A stretch of DNA of 63,994 nt, the filler included, from an uncultured bacterium (lineage in GTDB: Bacteria; Hinthialibacterota; Hinthialibacteria; Hinthialibacterales; Hinthialibacteraceae): assembly GCA_964449065.1 (NCBI GenBank). It is 6 parts of 6 records of this genome, joined end to end, with 100 filler letters (N's around TTAATTAATTAA, not from the genome) between each part and the next. Parts side by side here need not be neighbours in the genome. Positions count along the whole stretch, not along the records: positions 11,404 to 22,608 come from CAYVAZ010000164.1; positions 22,709 to 33,795 come from CAYVAZ010000165.1; 4 more parts are not named here. The stretch is one strand, 5' to 3'. Shown piece by piece: positions 19,633 to 29,910 of this stretch (the stretch's first letter is position 1; each line of letters begins with the position of its first letter). A program made the position numbers and the translations under genes. The notes under the pieces were generated by a model. The model was not told where the DNA came from. It did not search any database and saw only the letters and a list, made by a program, of their open reading frames with translations.

Positions 19633-20170
19633 TATACCAATTGCAATTAGGTTTACCGACAATGAAGCATATACTCATTCAAAAAAAAGAATGTTTGATG
19701 TGAGGTGTATTTTCTATCCAAGGCATCAACTCCACCCTAACCCTCCCCAGTCTTGGGGAGGGAATTCACATCAAACAAGATTCAATTGAAACCGTATTAT
19801 ATGCTTTGAACATACCGGTCAGAAATGGTGGGTTGCTAACGCGAGCCCACCATCGATTAATGATGATTTATCGGAAATTCTGTTTTCAGTGGGTATTACT
19901 ATTGTAGGGTCTGCCCCTCATGGCTGCCCTGCTATGGAGTAACCACTGGGATTACTCCCTACAAACTAGTACAGTGTCAACGTTTTATTGACGGGTATTG
20001 ATCCCCCCTAGCCCCCCTTAACAAGGGGGGAACAACGGATAGCCAGCCGTCAATTTTTGATTGACAGACTACTAGCGCGATACTGAGTTGAATAGCCGGG
20101 TAGCACCGGCTTCCAGCCGGTACATGTATTGCACACGTTGCATCTCTACGCAAACCTGAAATGCTCTAAA
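19633..20170. mobile_element. Chain of IR-bounded mini-elements carrying REP hairpins
   Basis: For example 19966-20075 CTAGTACAGTGTCAAC...ATTGACGG / CCGTCAAT...TTGACAGACTACTAG enclosing CCCCCCTTAACAAGGGGGG; at least four hairpin families present. Confidence 0.7.
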
Positions 20171-20256
20171 AGATGGAATAACTCAATTTCTTTTTTCAAA
20201 CTGGCATTCTATCGTACTTCACGTTATTTTCTATTTGAAAACGGATTGATTTTGGG

Positions 20257-20820
20257 TTGGATTGTCTGAAAGAAATCCCGCCGATTGATAGCATAAATAA
20301 TAAAACATTCTCTTTGGAGCAAGATTTTGAATTGATTCGTTATTTGGCGTATTCATCATGGGTGAACGGTGAACAGGGTTTGATGTTCTTCAGTTTGGAT
20401 AATCCGGAGGCGGAAGAATGGTTTCCCTATTGCAATATTTTGACAAAAGAAGCATATTTAATGAAAGACTTTTTGTTGCAGCAGCCGGATGAAAGTTTGA
20501 ATGATATTGCCGAAGTAACCATTGAAGATAGCAGAGAAATAGACCACCGCGCCCGCTTTTTGCTGCGAAGGAGCCAAGATCCTAGTGAGGATAAATTATT
20601 GTTGATGATTTGCAATTATTCTAACGATGATGACGAACATGCTGTGACAGTACGGTTCAAAAATCATACTATAACAGGTGTTAGCCAAATCGTTTCCAAT
20701 TATGATTGGAAGTATCAACCCAGAGACAGTAATGGGGATTTTGTACCTGGCAAGGTATTGTCAATAACCGCAAGAGATATATGGGCAAGAGCATTCTTTA
20801 TATGGATTCAGCCGGATTAA
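20257..20820 (+). pseudogene. Probable 5'-truncated remnant of a secreted (glycoside hydrolase-like) protein
   Basis: Protein-like C-terminal portion (IRYLAYSSWVNGEQGLMFF...LLLMICNYS); TTG start without RBS, directly after the repeat chain. Confidence 0.5.
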
Positions 20821-20835
20821 AACGAGGTGTTTATC

Positions 20836-21951
20836 ATGAAACGGCCACTATTATTATTAATTGTGTTATTGATCGTTCCCATTTTGTTGCGAGCTCAACC
20901 ACAGCCTATTCAGCATTTTTCCGGGTCTGTGACAGACTTTGAATTCACATCGGATAACCGATTTGCAGTTATAACCCGTCAATCTCCCGGTGATGATAAC
21001 TTAACGGACGCTCGTATCTTCTTTTGGGATATTGATGAAAAGAAAGTCGCCAAGACATTTGACAAAAGAAAATATTATGTTACTGGATTTGATATTTCTG
21101 CCGATGGAAGATACATAGGAATAGCGTATTCTCACAATCAATTTGCCGAATTATGGAATTTAAATACAAATGAATTACTCCAGCAATTTGGCCCTCATGA
21201 AACTTCGTATAATTTCGATGCGGATATACTCAAAGTGGGGGTATCAGATATCGAGATTTCACCAGATAACCAATGGATATTGACACTGGGGGTTGATTTT
21301 AAAGCCTATTTGTGGAATGTGGAAACCGGTGAGCTAGTTCAAACCTTTGCAGCGGATGACTCGTTTCAATCTCCCATCGCATTCTCTTCCGACCAAGAGT
21401 ATATATTTACGGATCATTTCGTATGGGATATGAAAACATTAGATCTAGTATACATTTTAAACCCCCATGATGATTTTGATAGCAATACTGAAAGATTGAT
21501 GACCTGGTCTACGTGTTTTAACCTTAATCAACGGTATTTGTATGCAAGTCAAACTCTTATACCGTTACCTTTTTTTCCTCAAATGGGCAAAAGAGACAAT
21601 AGTGTTTCCGTATGGGACATGAATAACGGAGAATTAATTAACCTTTTCTCTTTTCCAACTGTCATATTTGATCCAATTTATCAAATAGACGCTATCGTTA
21701 ACGTAAAAGATATTGCCATCTCTCCGGACGGTAACTATTTGCTGGTCGAAGTCTCCCGAAATGGAGTATGGGTGTTAAATACCGCAGATGGAACCGTCAT
21801 TAATAAGGTTTCGGATGTTTTTGGTCCGGTTGCCTTTTCACCAGACGGGAAATACGCTTTGACAGGAGGACCGGAGGACGGCGCATCCTTATGGCTGATG
21901 GAGGATTTAATCGGGCAATCCGGTGTAAACGGTTATGAAGAATATGAATGA
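20836..21951 (+). CDS. Secreted WD40-repeat protein
   Basis: Signal peptide; repeated ISPDG/FSPDG...LWN/VWD units; GAGG RBS. Confidence 0.88.
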   Translation: MKRPLLLLIVLLIVPILLRAQPQPIQHFSGSVTDFEFTSDNRFAVITRQSPGDDNLTDARIFFWDIDEKKVAKTFDKRKYYVTGFDISADGRYIGIAYSHNQFAELWNLNTNELLQQFGPHETSYNFDADILKVGVSDIEISPDNQWILTLGVDFKAYLWNVETGELVQTFAADDSFQSPIAFSSDQEYIFTDHFVWDMKTLDLVYILNPHDDFDSNTERLMTWSTCFNLNQRYLYASQTLIPLPFFPQMGKRDNSVSVWDMNNGELINLFSFPTVIFDPIYQIDAIVNVKDIAISPDGNYLLVEVSRNGVWVLNTADGTVINKVSDVFGPVAFSPDGKYALTGGPEDGASLWLMEDLIGQSGVNGYEEYE

Positions 21952-21970
21952 ACACAAAAAGGAGCATGAA

Positions 21971-22608
21971 ATGAAAAAGCATTTTTTTGTTTGTATACAA
22001 TCCTTAGTCTTACTCTGCATCTCACTTGTTTATGTTATCAATACATCCAGCCAAGTTGTTACCGACCGGGCCAATGAAAGAAGCCTGGTATCCACCCGAA
22101 TTGATAAAGGGGATGCCAGAAACGACCGCAACAACCCGCAAAACCTGCGCGCCGTTTTCCAACGGAATCATTCTTCCATCAATCACGATGGAAATATCAT
22201 GATTGCCAATGACCGTATCATAAAATACTCTTCACAAACCAACCAATGGGAAATCATAGACTTACCCAACCGCAATACCCCTGGTTTCCGCTTTCCGCAA
22301 CTCAACCGCGATGGTAGAAAAGCGGCGTTCGTCCTTCAAGACCAAAGCAGCGCTCGAATCAATTTTTTCAATACCGCAACCAATTCCATCGAATCCGAGT
22401 ATATCCACAGTATGACGCATGAGGTCAATGTACTAACTCACTTCACCCTTGCAGATGGCGGCAGAACATTTACCTACTCAATCTTTGAGCCTGGCACCGA
22501 TCCCTCCGGGCACGTTCTCTATTCGGTCGATAAACTCGGACGGGTGGCAAAGACAAGCGAAGTTTGCCTTTGCGTTTGTAGTATAAAGCGTTCAAGTAGG
22601 GAGTTGAT
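21971..22608 (+). CDS. Secreted hypothetical protein, truncated at contig end
   Basis: Hydrophobic N-terminus, TolB-like xxDG turns; ORF runs into the linker. Confidence 0.6.
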
Positions 22609-22708
22609 NNNNNNNNNNNNNNNNNNNNNNNNNNNNNNNNNNNNNNNNNNNNTTAATTAATTAANNNNNNNNNNNNNNNNNNNNNNNNNNNNNNNNNNNN
22701 NNNNNNNN
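22609..22708. other. Artificial contig linker 2
   Basis: N/TTAATTAATTAA/N. Confidence 0.97.
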
Positions 22709-22822
22709 GATCAACCCTCCCCTAACCCCTCCCAGGCTTGGGAGGGGAAATCTCTCTTCAAACAACTGACCAATTACGAAGAAACAAAGTGTTTCTTAGG
22801 AGTGATGAGTGATGAGTGGTGA

Positions 22823-24217
22823 ATGATGAGTGAAACGATTCTGATTGTGGAAGACGATAAACGCTTTGCCGCGCGCTTGCAGAAGAACCTTTCGATTGAA
22901 GGGTATGAGATTACATCGGCGGAATCGGGCGAAGACGCGCTGGATTTGCTGAAACGGCAAGAGTTCGATTTGGTGATCAGCGATGTGAAGATGCCGGGGA
23001 TGAGCGGGATCGATTTGCTGAACCGGATTAAGGAGAATTACACGGATGACGACGATATCCCCGTCATTATGCTGACTTCCGTAAACTCGGTTGAAGTGGC
23101 GGTGGATTCAATGAAATCCGGCGCGGTGGATTTTTTAACCAAAGACGCGGGCCGCGATGAAATCATCCTACGCATAGAAAAGGCGCTGTCGGATGCCCGC
23201 GTGAGGGATGAAAACAGCCGACTGCGTTCGCGTTTAAAAGAGGCCGAACCGGTTCATGATTTTATTGCACGCGATCCCAAATCCAAACAAGTCATACAGG
23301 AAATCGAGACCGTGGCCGAAACCGGCGCGGGTGTGTTGATTACCGGCGAAACCGGGGTGGGGAAGGACTTGGTGGCACGCTATATTCACAATTTATCGCC
23401 CCGCAGCCAGCAATCATTTGTGGATGTGAACTGTGCCGCCCTGCCGACCGACAACTTGTTTCAATCCGAAGTCTTCGGCCATGAAAAAGGCGCGTTTACC
23501 GGCGCGACCGAACGCAAACGCGGCAAGTTAGAACTGGCCGATCAAGGTACATTGTTCTTGGATGAAATCGGCGACATGCCGTTGGAGAGCCAAGGAAAGA
23601 TTTTGCGCGCGTTAGAAACGCAAGAGTTTGAGAGGGTCGGCGGCTCACGAAAAATTAAAGTGGATATCAACGTGATTGCCGCAACCAACAAGCATTTAGA
23701 GCGTGAAGTGGAAGAAGGACGCTTTCGGCAGGATTTGCTCTTTCGGCTGGATGTCATCCGCATCAATATCCCCCCGCTGCGCGAACGCCCGGATGATGTG
23801 CTGCCCCTGTGCAATCACTTTTTTGCCGCCTACGCGGGTAAATACCGCCGCCAGGTGCCATCCATCACAAACGAGGCCGAAGCGGTGCTTGCGCAATATG
23901 CTTTCCCCGGTAATGTGCGGGAACTGAAAAACCTGGCGGAACGGATCATAATCCGCCACCGCAACTGCGAGGTAATCGACGCCGGCCTCTTGCGCCAGGA
24001 AGGCGTGAATGAGAATAAGGAAACGCAACATCCCCCCGCAAAAGACGGCGGCCAAATGCTGCCGCTGGAGGAAATGGAAAAGCAATACATCCTGCAAGCG
24101 CTGGAAAAAACCAACTGGGTCCAAAGCGACGCGGCCAAACTCCTGGGCATTTCCGCCGACCGCATGCATAATCGGGTGAAGAAGTTTCAACTTTCGCAAG
24201 CAACAAAGCGTGGGTAG
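22823..24217 (+). CDS. Sigma54-dependent response regulator (NtrC/AtoC family)
   Basis: REC (ILIVEDD, SDVKMPG), AAA+ (GETGVGK, GAFTGA, FLDEIG) and Fis-type HTH. Confidence 0.95.
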   Translation: MMSETILIVEDDKRFAARLQKNLSIEGYEITSAESGEDALDLLKRQEFDLVISDVKMPGMSGIDLLNRIKENYTDDDDIPVIMLTSVNSVEVAVDSMKSGAVDFLTKDAGRDEIILRIEKALSDARVRDENSRLRSRLKEAEPVHDFIARDPKSKQVIQEIETVAETGAGVLITGETGVGKDLVARYIHNLSPRSQQSFVDVNCAALPTDNLFQSEVFGHEKGAFTGATERKRGKLELADQGTLFLDEIGDMPLESQGKILRALETQEFERVGGSRKIKVDINVIAATNKHLEREVEEGRFRQDLLFRLDVIRINIPPLRERPDDVLPLCNHFFAAYAGKYRRQVPSITNEAEAVLAQYAFPGNVRELKNLAERIIIRHRNCEVIDAGLLRQEGVNENKETQHPPAKDGGQMLPLEEMEKQYILQALEKTNWVQSDAAKLLGISADRMHNRVKKFQLSQATKRG

Positions 24218-24233
24218 TAAGAAGTAAGATAAC

Positions 24234-24995
24234 CTATGGATAAATTCTATCTGAAGTAGTCCATTTATCATTAAAAGAATCAATAATCGCTTTGATAATA
24301 TGAATATCTTCTATTTTATTAATCATGAATATTTTATTTCCAGCATCTTTAATTGAAGTTCCAATATGTATTACTTCTTTTTCGTCGATTATTATGAATC
24401 GATCATGAAACTCTTTAGTTTTTTTTACCTCAATATTAATGTTTGAATATTGTTTAGAAAAATTCTTGACTTCCACCAGAAAATCAGATTCCTTTTTTGA
24501 TAGAAATATACGTAATTTGATATTCTGCTGAATCGTAGAAATAGTTTGTAGAATTTTTGAACCAAAATACGGATCAATGATATCAAGGCTATTTGTGCAT
24601 TTTTGAAGTAAACCTCTAATAGTAAGATAGGCGTCATAATGAGTGTTATCTTTGAAAAATAATTCTGTAACACTTTCATTATTAGGAATAATATTCCCGT
24701 TTTGGATTGTCCATCCGATCCGCTGTAAATCGTATTCAATATTTTCACCATGTTGTCCGTCATCTTTCAATAGTTCTTCACAAATAATATGTATAACTCT
24801 TAATTGATCTTGTTCAGAAAGGGCGTTAAACGCTTTTTGAATTCTAGGCTTGTAGGCTCTTAAACGTGTTGTATGTGAATAATTCTCTTTTTCGCTCAAT
24901 GTCCAATCAACTTTCATTCCTGTTTTATCAACAATACTGGTAGCTTTGTCTGCGTTAATAGACAGTAATTCTTCTAAAACTATTGACCAAGGCAT
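24234..24995 (-). CDS. AT-rich hypothetical protein with C-terminal PLD-like nuclease domain
   Basis: IIDPY...FHDRFIIID...HIGTSIKDAG; markedly AT-rich relative to flanks; start uncertain. Confidence 0.65.
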   Translation of the reverse strand: MPWSIVLEELLSINADKATSIVDKTGMKVDWTLSEKENYSHTTRLRAYKPRIQKAFNALSEQDQLRVIHIICEELLKDDGQHGENIEYDLQRIGWTIQNGNIIPNNESVTELFFKDNTHYDAYLTIRGLLQKCTNSLDIIDPYFGSKILQTISTIQQNIKLRIFLSKKESDFLVEVKNFSKQYSNINIEVKKTKEFHDRFIIIDEKEVIHIGTSIKDAGNKIFMINKIEDIHIIKAIIDSFNDKWTTSDRIYP

Positions 24996-25131
24996 GAGTT
25001 GGCTTTTTTGAATCACTACCCCCCCGCGCACGAAATACCTCTGCGTTCTCCGCGTCTCTTCGGTTAGTATATTTTTATTTCGCTTTATTGTAAAATCAAG
25101 ACATCAAAAATAATTTTGGGGGGAGACAATC

Positions 25132-26388
25132 ATGCCATCAATATCACGCCGGGTATTTCTGCAAACCAGCGCTTGTGTGGGGCTGGGCGCTTCGTTATCC
25201 ACACTTACAACTCATGCCGAAGATGTAGAAGTAAACGTGCCGTACCGCGCGGTCACGCAAGGACCGAAGTCGCATTGGTTCGGTTATTACGATAAGCATC
25301 AGTTCGATCCAACCAACCGCTATCTGCTGGGGATGCAGGTCGGCTTCAACGACCGCTCTCCCATGCCGGATGATGAAATTCGCCTCGGTATGATCGATCT
25401 CCAAGACGGCGACAAATGGCGCAATTTCGGCGGGACGACCGCTTGGTGCTGGCAGCAGGGATGCATGCTGCAATGGCTGCCGGGCAGCGGGGAGCATGTA
25501 ATCTACAACGCCCGCCATGAAGACGGCTATCATGCCGTGATTCAACATATCCACACAGGGGAACAGAAAAAACTGCAACGCGCCATCTACGCGGTCAGCC
25601 CTGCTGGCAAACATGCCGTGGGCGTCAACATGAACCGGCTTGGAATCACCCGCCCCGGTTATGGCTACAACGGCTTTCCCGACCCGTACGGAGACCAAAA
25701 CCATCCCCAAGACGACGGTATTTACGCGATCGATTTAGAATCCGGCAACGCCAAATTGATCATCTCGTTTGAAGAGATCATTCAAATCCGCCACAACGAG
25801 TCGATGGATAACAACAAGCATTGGTTTAACCATTTGCTGTTCAGCCCGGATGGCTCGCGTTTCATCTTTCTGCACCGCTGGCGCCGGATGATCGGCGACC
25901 GCAAATCCTGGTATACCCGTATGTTGACCGCTAACCCCGACGGCTCGGATATTCATGTGGTGGCCGATCACGACATGGTTTCGCATTTTATCTGGAAGAA
26001 CCCCAACCAAATTCTGGCATGGTCGCGCGAAGAAAACGGGGAAGACCACTTCCATCTGTATGACGAGCAATCGGATACGGTTCAGGTCATCGGCAAAGAA
26101 GTATTAACCCGCGACGGCCATTGCACCTATTCACCGGATGAAGAGTGGATCCTGACAGACACCTATCCCGATACCAACCGTATGCAAAAACCCATGTTAT
26201 ACCGCCCCTCCGACGGCAAGCTTGTACATCTCGGCCGGTTCCATCTGCCCAAAGAATACAGGGGAGAAATCCGCTGCGACCTGCACCCCCGCTGGAGCCG
26301 CGACGGCAAAAGCGTCTGCATCGATTCGCTGCATTCGGGCAAACGGCAAATGTATCTGCTGGATGTAAGTGAATACACGCAAGCGTAA
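25132..26388 (+). CDS. Tat-exported beta-propeller, oligogalacturonate lyase/TolB-like
   Basis: SRRVFLQ Tat motif; WFGYYD, WCWQQGCMLQW and RCDLHPRW motifs. Confidence 0.75.
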   Translation: MPSISRRVFLQTSACVGLGASLSTLTTHAEDVEVNVPYRAVTQGPKSHWFGYYDKHQFDPTNRYLLGMQVGFNDRSPMPDDEIRLGMIDLQDGDKWRNFGGTTAWCWQQGCMLQWLPGSGEHVIYNARHEDGYHAVIQHIHTGEQKKLQRAIYAVSPAGKHAVGVNMNRLGITRPGYGYNGFPDPYGDQNHPQDDGIYAIDLESGNAKLIISFEEIIQIRHNESMDNNKHWFNHLLFSPDGSRFIFLHRWRRMIGDRKSWYTRMLTANPDGSDIHVVADHDMVSHFIWKNPNQILAWSREENGEDHFHLYDEQSDTVQVIGKEVLTRDGHCTYSPDEEWILTDTYPDTNRMQKPMLYRPSDGKLVHLGRFHLPKEYRGEIRCDLHPRWSRDGKSVCIDSLHSGKRQMYLLDVSEYTQA

Positions 26389-26469
26389 TTTGCAAGCGTA
26401 ATTTGTGTTTTCATTCACCGGATTAGTTGTATAATACGATCAAAGCAGCATGGGATGAAAAATCGTTTT

Positions 26470-26494
26470 GGGAGGGCGAGGCTCCCGCCGAGCC
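26470..26494 (+). repeat. REP family C copy
   Basis: GGGAGGGCGAGGCTCCCGCCGAGCC. Confidence 0.75.
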
Positions 26495-26577
26495 AGAAGT
26501 ACAGTCTGCTTTAATAGGAGAGTATTTTTGGCATTCGTTTTAAATGTACCAACAAACTGACAAGAGAGAAAACGATC

Positions 26578-26874
26578 ATGCAAACAATAACGATTGACGA
26601 CGCCACATATAAGACATGGGAAAAGCAGGCTTCTTCTCAAGGTATTACAGTACAGGAGTGGTTGAAACATCTGACCGTTTTGACGGTAGATGATTCCGCT
26701 CCAAACCCGGAAGAATTCACAGCCGAAGAACGGCTCTCTATGTTTAATGAGTCAATGGATTTCATAGAAAGCTTGGATATTCGTTCAGGTTGTGAGATTG
26801 ATTGGTCACGTGAAAATATGTACAGAGACAGGATGAATCGGCAACTACCCAATTATCATGAAAATAATGATTGA
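26578..26874 (+). CDS. Putative antitoxin
   Basis: MQTITIDD... with C-terminal DWSRENMY; overlaps the PIN gene. Confidence 0.75.
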   Translation: MQTITIDDATYKTWEKQASSQGITVQEWLKHLTVLTVDDSAPNPEEFTAEERLSMFNESMDFIESLDIRSGCEIDWSRENMYRDRMNRQLPNYHENND

Positions 26875-27337
26875 TACAAATATTTTGGGGCGTTTAGCAG
26901 ATGTAGATTCACTACAACATGCTGAAGTTAGAACTGCTGTTGCACAATTACATCAACAACACCATTTATTGTATTTTACTCCACAAATTAAACGTGAGTT
27001 TTTAGGTATAGCGGAACGCCCAAAAGGTTCCGGAGCGGAGAATAATGGATTGGGTTTGTCCAAATCAAAATCAATCTCCGTATTGAACAGTTTTAAAAGG
27101 AACATGAAATATTTAACGGAAAAGACGGAAAGTGACCGTTGGTTTGACATACTATACAATCGATTTGGTGGTGGGCGAAAAGTCCATGATCTTTATATTA
27201 CGGCTTCGATGCTCGCTTACGATATCAAAACAATCCTCACCTACAACGAAAAGGACTTCGCCGATGTCCGTGATGCGGGGTATATCGATATCCTAATCCC
27301 GCCTGCGGTATTGCAGGATCACACAGAACAGTTATAA
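26858..27337 (+). CDS. PIN-domain toxin (VapC-like)
   Basis: MIDTNIL...REF...VHDLYITASM...ILTYNEKDF. Confidence 0.85.
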   Translation: MKIMIDTNILGRLADVDSLQHAEVRTAVAQLHQQHHLLYFTPQIKREFLGIAERPKGSGAENNGLGLSKSKSISVLNSFKRNMKYLTEKTESDRWFDILYNRFGGGRKVHDLYITASMLAYDIKTILTYNEKDFADVRDAGYIDILIPPAVLQDHTEQL

Positions 27338-27372
27338 GCTATAGTATCTCTCAAAAACAAGGAGAAATCATC

Positions 27373-28365
27373 ATGAACATGAAACGCAGAGATTTCATAC
27401 AACATACATCCGCGGGTGTACTCGTTTCATCCCTGGCGTCATCCATCGTGCTGCCCTCGTTTGCCCAAGACGGCAAAGTGCCAACGCGTGAATTGGGTCG
27501 AACCGGCGAACAGGTCTCGCAATTGTGCGTCGGCGGTTTTCACATCGGAACGCTGGAAAATCAAGCCGCCGCAACCCGCTTTTTGCACGAAGCCATCGAC
27601 CTGGGCGTGACCTTTATGGACAACGCCTGGGAATACCACAGCGGCAAATCGGAGGAATGGATGGGGGAAGGCATCAAAAGCAAGCGGGACCAGGTGTTTT
27701 TAATGACCAAACACCACGGCCGCGATAAAAAGACCGCCATGCGGCATTTGGAAGACAGCCTCAAACGCCTGCAAACCGATGTCATCGATTTATGGCAGTT
27801 CCACGAAATTGTCTATGATGACGATGCCGAAATGATCTTTGCTGAAGATGGCGGCGGCATCGAGGCGGCATACGAAGCCAAACAGCAGGGAAAAGTAAAA
27901 TACATCGGCTTTACCGGACACAAGAACCCGAAGTATTTCCACGAAATGCTGGACCACGATTTTGAGTGGGATGCATTGCAGATGCCTCTCAATCCCTTCG
28001 ACCCGCACTACCGCAGCTTTGAAAAAGAGATTTTGCCCCGCTGCCTGGAACGGCGCATCGGCGTGCTGGCCATGAAAACCAACGGCGGCGGTCACTTGCT
28101 GCGCACCGATGTAGTTACCCCCGAAGAATGCATGAACTACGCGTTGAGCCTGCCGGTCGCAACCGTGGTTTCGGGTATGAAAAACGTGGAGGAACTGCGC
28201 GAAAACGCCGAAACCGCCCGCAAACACAAACCCATGACCATGCAGGAACGTTCGCAATTGTTGGAAAAGACGAAAGAGTTGGCGCTAACCGGCGAGCACG
28301 AGCCGTTTAAATCCACCAACCGCTATGACGGACCCGTCGGCCGCAAACTGCACGGTGTTGGGTGA
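27373..28365 (+). CDS. Tat-exported aldo/keto reductase
   Basis: KRRDFIQ; RELGRTG, FMDNAWEY, FLMTK and GFTGH motifs. Confidence 0.92.
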   Translation: MNMKRRDFIQHTSAGVLVSSLASSIVLPSFAQDGKVPTRELGRTGEQVSQLCVGGFHIGTLENQAAATRFLHEAIDLGVTFMDNAWEYHSGKSEEWMGEGIKSKRDQVFLMTKHHGRDKKTAMRHLEDSLKRLQTDVIDLWQFHEIVYDDDAEMIFAEDGGGIEAAYEAKQQGKVKYIGFTGHKNPKYFHEMLDHDFEWDALQMPLNPFDPHYRSFEKEILPRCLERRIGVLAMKTNGGGHLLRTDVVTPEECMNYALSLPVATVVSGMKNVEELRENAETARKHKPMTMQERSQLLEKTKELALTGEHEPFKSTNRYDGPVGRKLHGVG

Positions 28366-28463
28366 GTGAGGGGGAAATCATGAAACGTTTTAATTTTGTT
28401 GGTACAACTCCACCGCCGCCTGTGCAGACCAGATGGCCATGTCGCGCGGCGGGNNNNNNNNNN

Positions 28464-29596
28464 TACGCCTTCTCCAGCGCATCCACATGCGCCTTCCAGT
28501 TATACCGTGTCCGCGCGGTTTTGGTTCCCGCCGCTCTCATGCTTTGTTGGATGGTGGGGTGGGTGAGAATCCATTCGGTTTTTTCGGCCATGGCGTCAAC
28601 GTCTCCGCAGGGGATACACACACCCGCCCCTACGGTCATGATGGGTGCTTCGCCCACTTCCGATGCCACCACGGGGATCCCCGACGCGAGATATTCGGCG
28701 ATCTTTAAGGGAGATTTAGCACGGGTGACGTCGTTTTCTTCAAACGGGGCAAGCGCCACATTCGCCAGTGAGAGGTATTTGGGGATATCCTCAGCCGGGA
28801 CATAATCGGTAAACACGACATGCTTATCGATCTTCAAGTCTTTCGCGTGCTGCCGAATGGCATCCAGTTTTCTTCCGCCTCCCACAATTAACAGTTTGGC
28901 GGTTTGCAGGTTCTTTTGCACCCGTTTCAGCACATCGACCGCCAGTTCGGCATAACTCGCGACCTCCAACTGGCCGATATAAATCATCAGCGGCTCGCGC
29001 AGGCCAAGTTGCCGCATCAACTGCATGTCTCTTTCACGGGGATAAAATTTATCCAGATCAGCGCCTACCGGGGCGTCCCATATCCGGTTTTCCGGAAAGC
29101 TATACGCTATGGCTTTTTCTTTTAAAAAACTGCTGGCCGTACTCATCGTAGTGGCGATGGATGGCACAAACCGGTCCCACCAACCCGCTGCCATACCGGC
29201 CATCCAAGACTGCCCCAATTCTTTTGCGATTCCCTTTTCCCAGTCATCCCAATCGTAATGGATAGGGATGTTCCAATAATGTGACAGCGCGTAAGCCAGC
29301 AGCGAAACATCCGGATAGGCTTTCCAAAGGTGGATGATATCCGGCTTCGGCTCAATTTGCTTCAACGTTTGAATGTTCCGGTAAAACGAAAAAACCTTGC
29401 GCTTGAGATTGACGATGGATCCTCCAAATCGCATGACGTTATCCACCGCGGGCACTTCGCTTTGCCGCTCGGGATGGGGGAAATCGGTCAGAACGGCCTC
29501 ATGTCCGCGCCGCAAGAGTTCTTCGGTTTGTGAAGTGACCCGCCGCGCGCACGAAACGGAAGAAAGATCAAATCGCTGCAAAATAAGTATTTTCAT
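28464..29596 (-). CDS. GT4 family glycosyltransferase (3' end lost in 10-N gap)
   Basis: YDWDDWE and KSPLKIAEYLASGIPVVASEVGE motifs. Confidence 0.88.
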
Positions 29597-29680
29597 ATAC
29601 TGTATCTCTATTAAGAAATCAAAAATCGATATAAGATAGCATAGATTTTTTCGGTACTTTACCGGTAACAAACATTTAAT

Positions 29681-29709
29681 TTGACAAGAAATAAGTTTAA
29701 CATTATCCT
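29681..29709 (+). promoter_or_regulatory. Candidate sigma70 promoter for the cohesin-dockerin/barrel operon
   Basis: TTGACA-N17-TATCCT. Confidence 0.55.
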
Positions 29710-29910
29710 ATAGATACAGACCGACGATGCGGATCGCCTGATCTTTTTTTTTGTAGAATTGTTTCCGCTCGGTTGAAACTTTTTGGAATTGTGGTTATTT
29801 TGTTGTAGATATTTGAACTTATTTTCGTTTTTACATAGAATCCGGCTGGCAAAAAAAATTGTAGACTTATGTGACTTTATATTAAATTCCCCACATGGTT
29901 GGAGGCACTG

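Noticed and set aside
21971..24217. Regulatory link between the secreted-protein cluster and the NtrC gene
   Set aside because: They are separated by an artificial linker and lie on different contigs
26440..26670. Short ORFs containing ARREPRPP or PLGEGWGEG (also 42617-42883, 177-593)
   Set aside because: Translations of REP hairpins, not proteins
28307..28453. GT4 C-terminal extension overlapping the aldo/keto reductase
   Set aside because: Read-through across a 10-N gap; frame after the gap is unreliable
29847..29862. Possible sigma54 promoter TGGCA...TTGT
   Set aside because: Spacing is off by one and the -12 GC is absent
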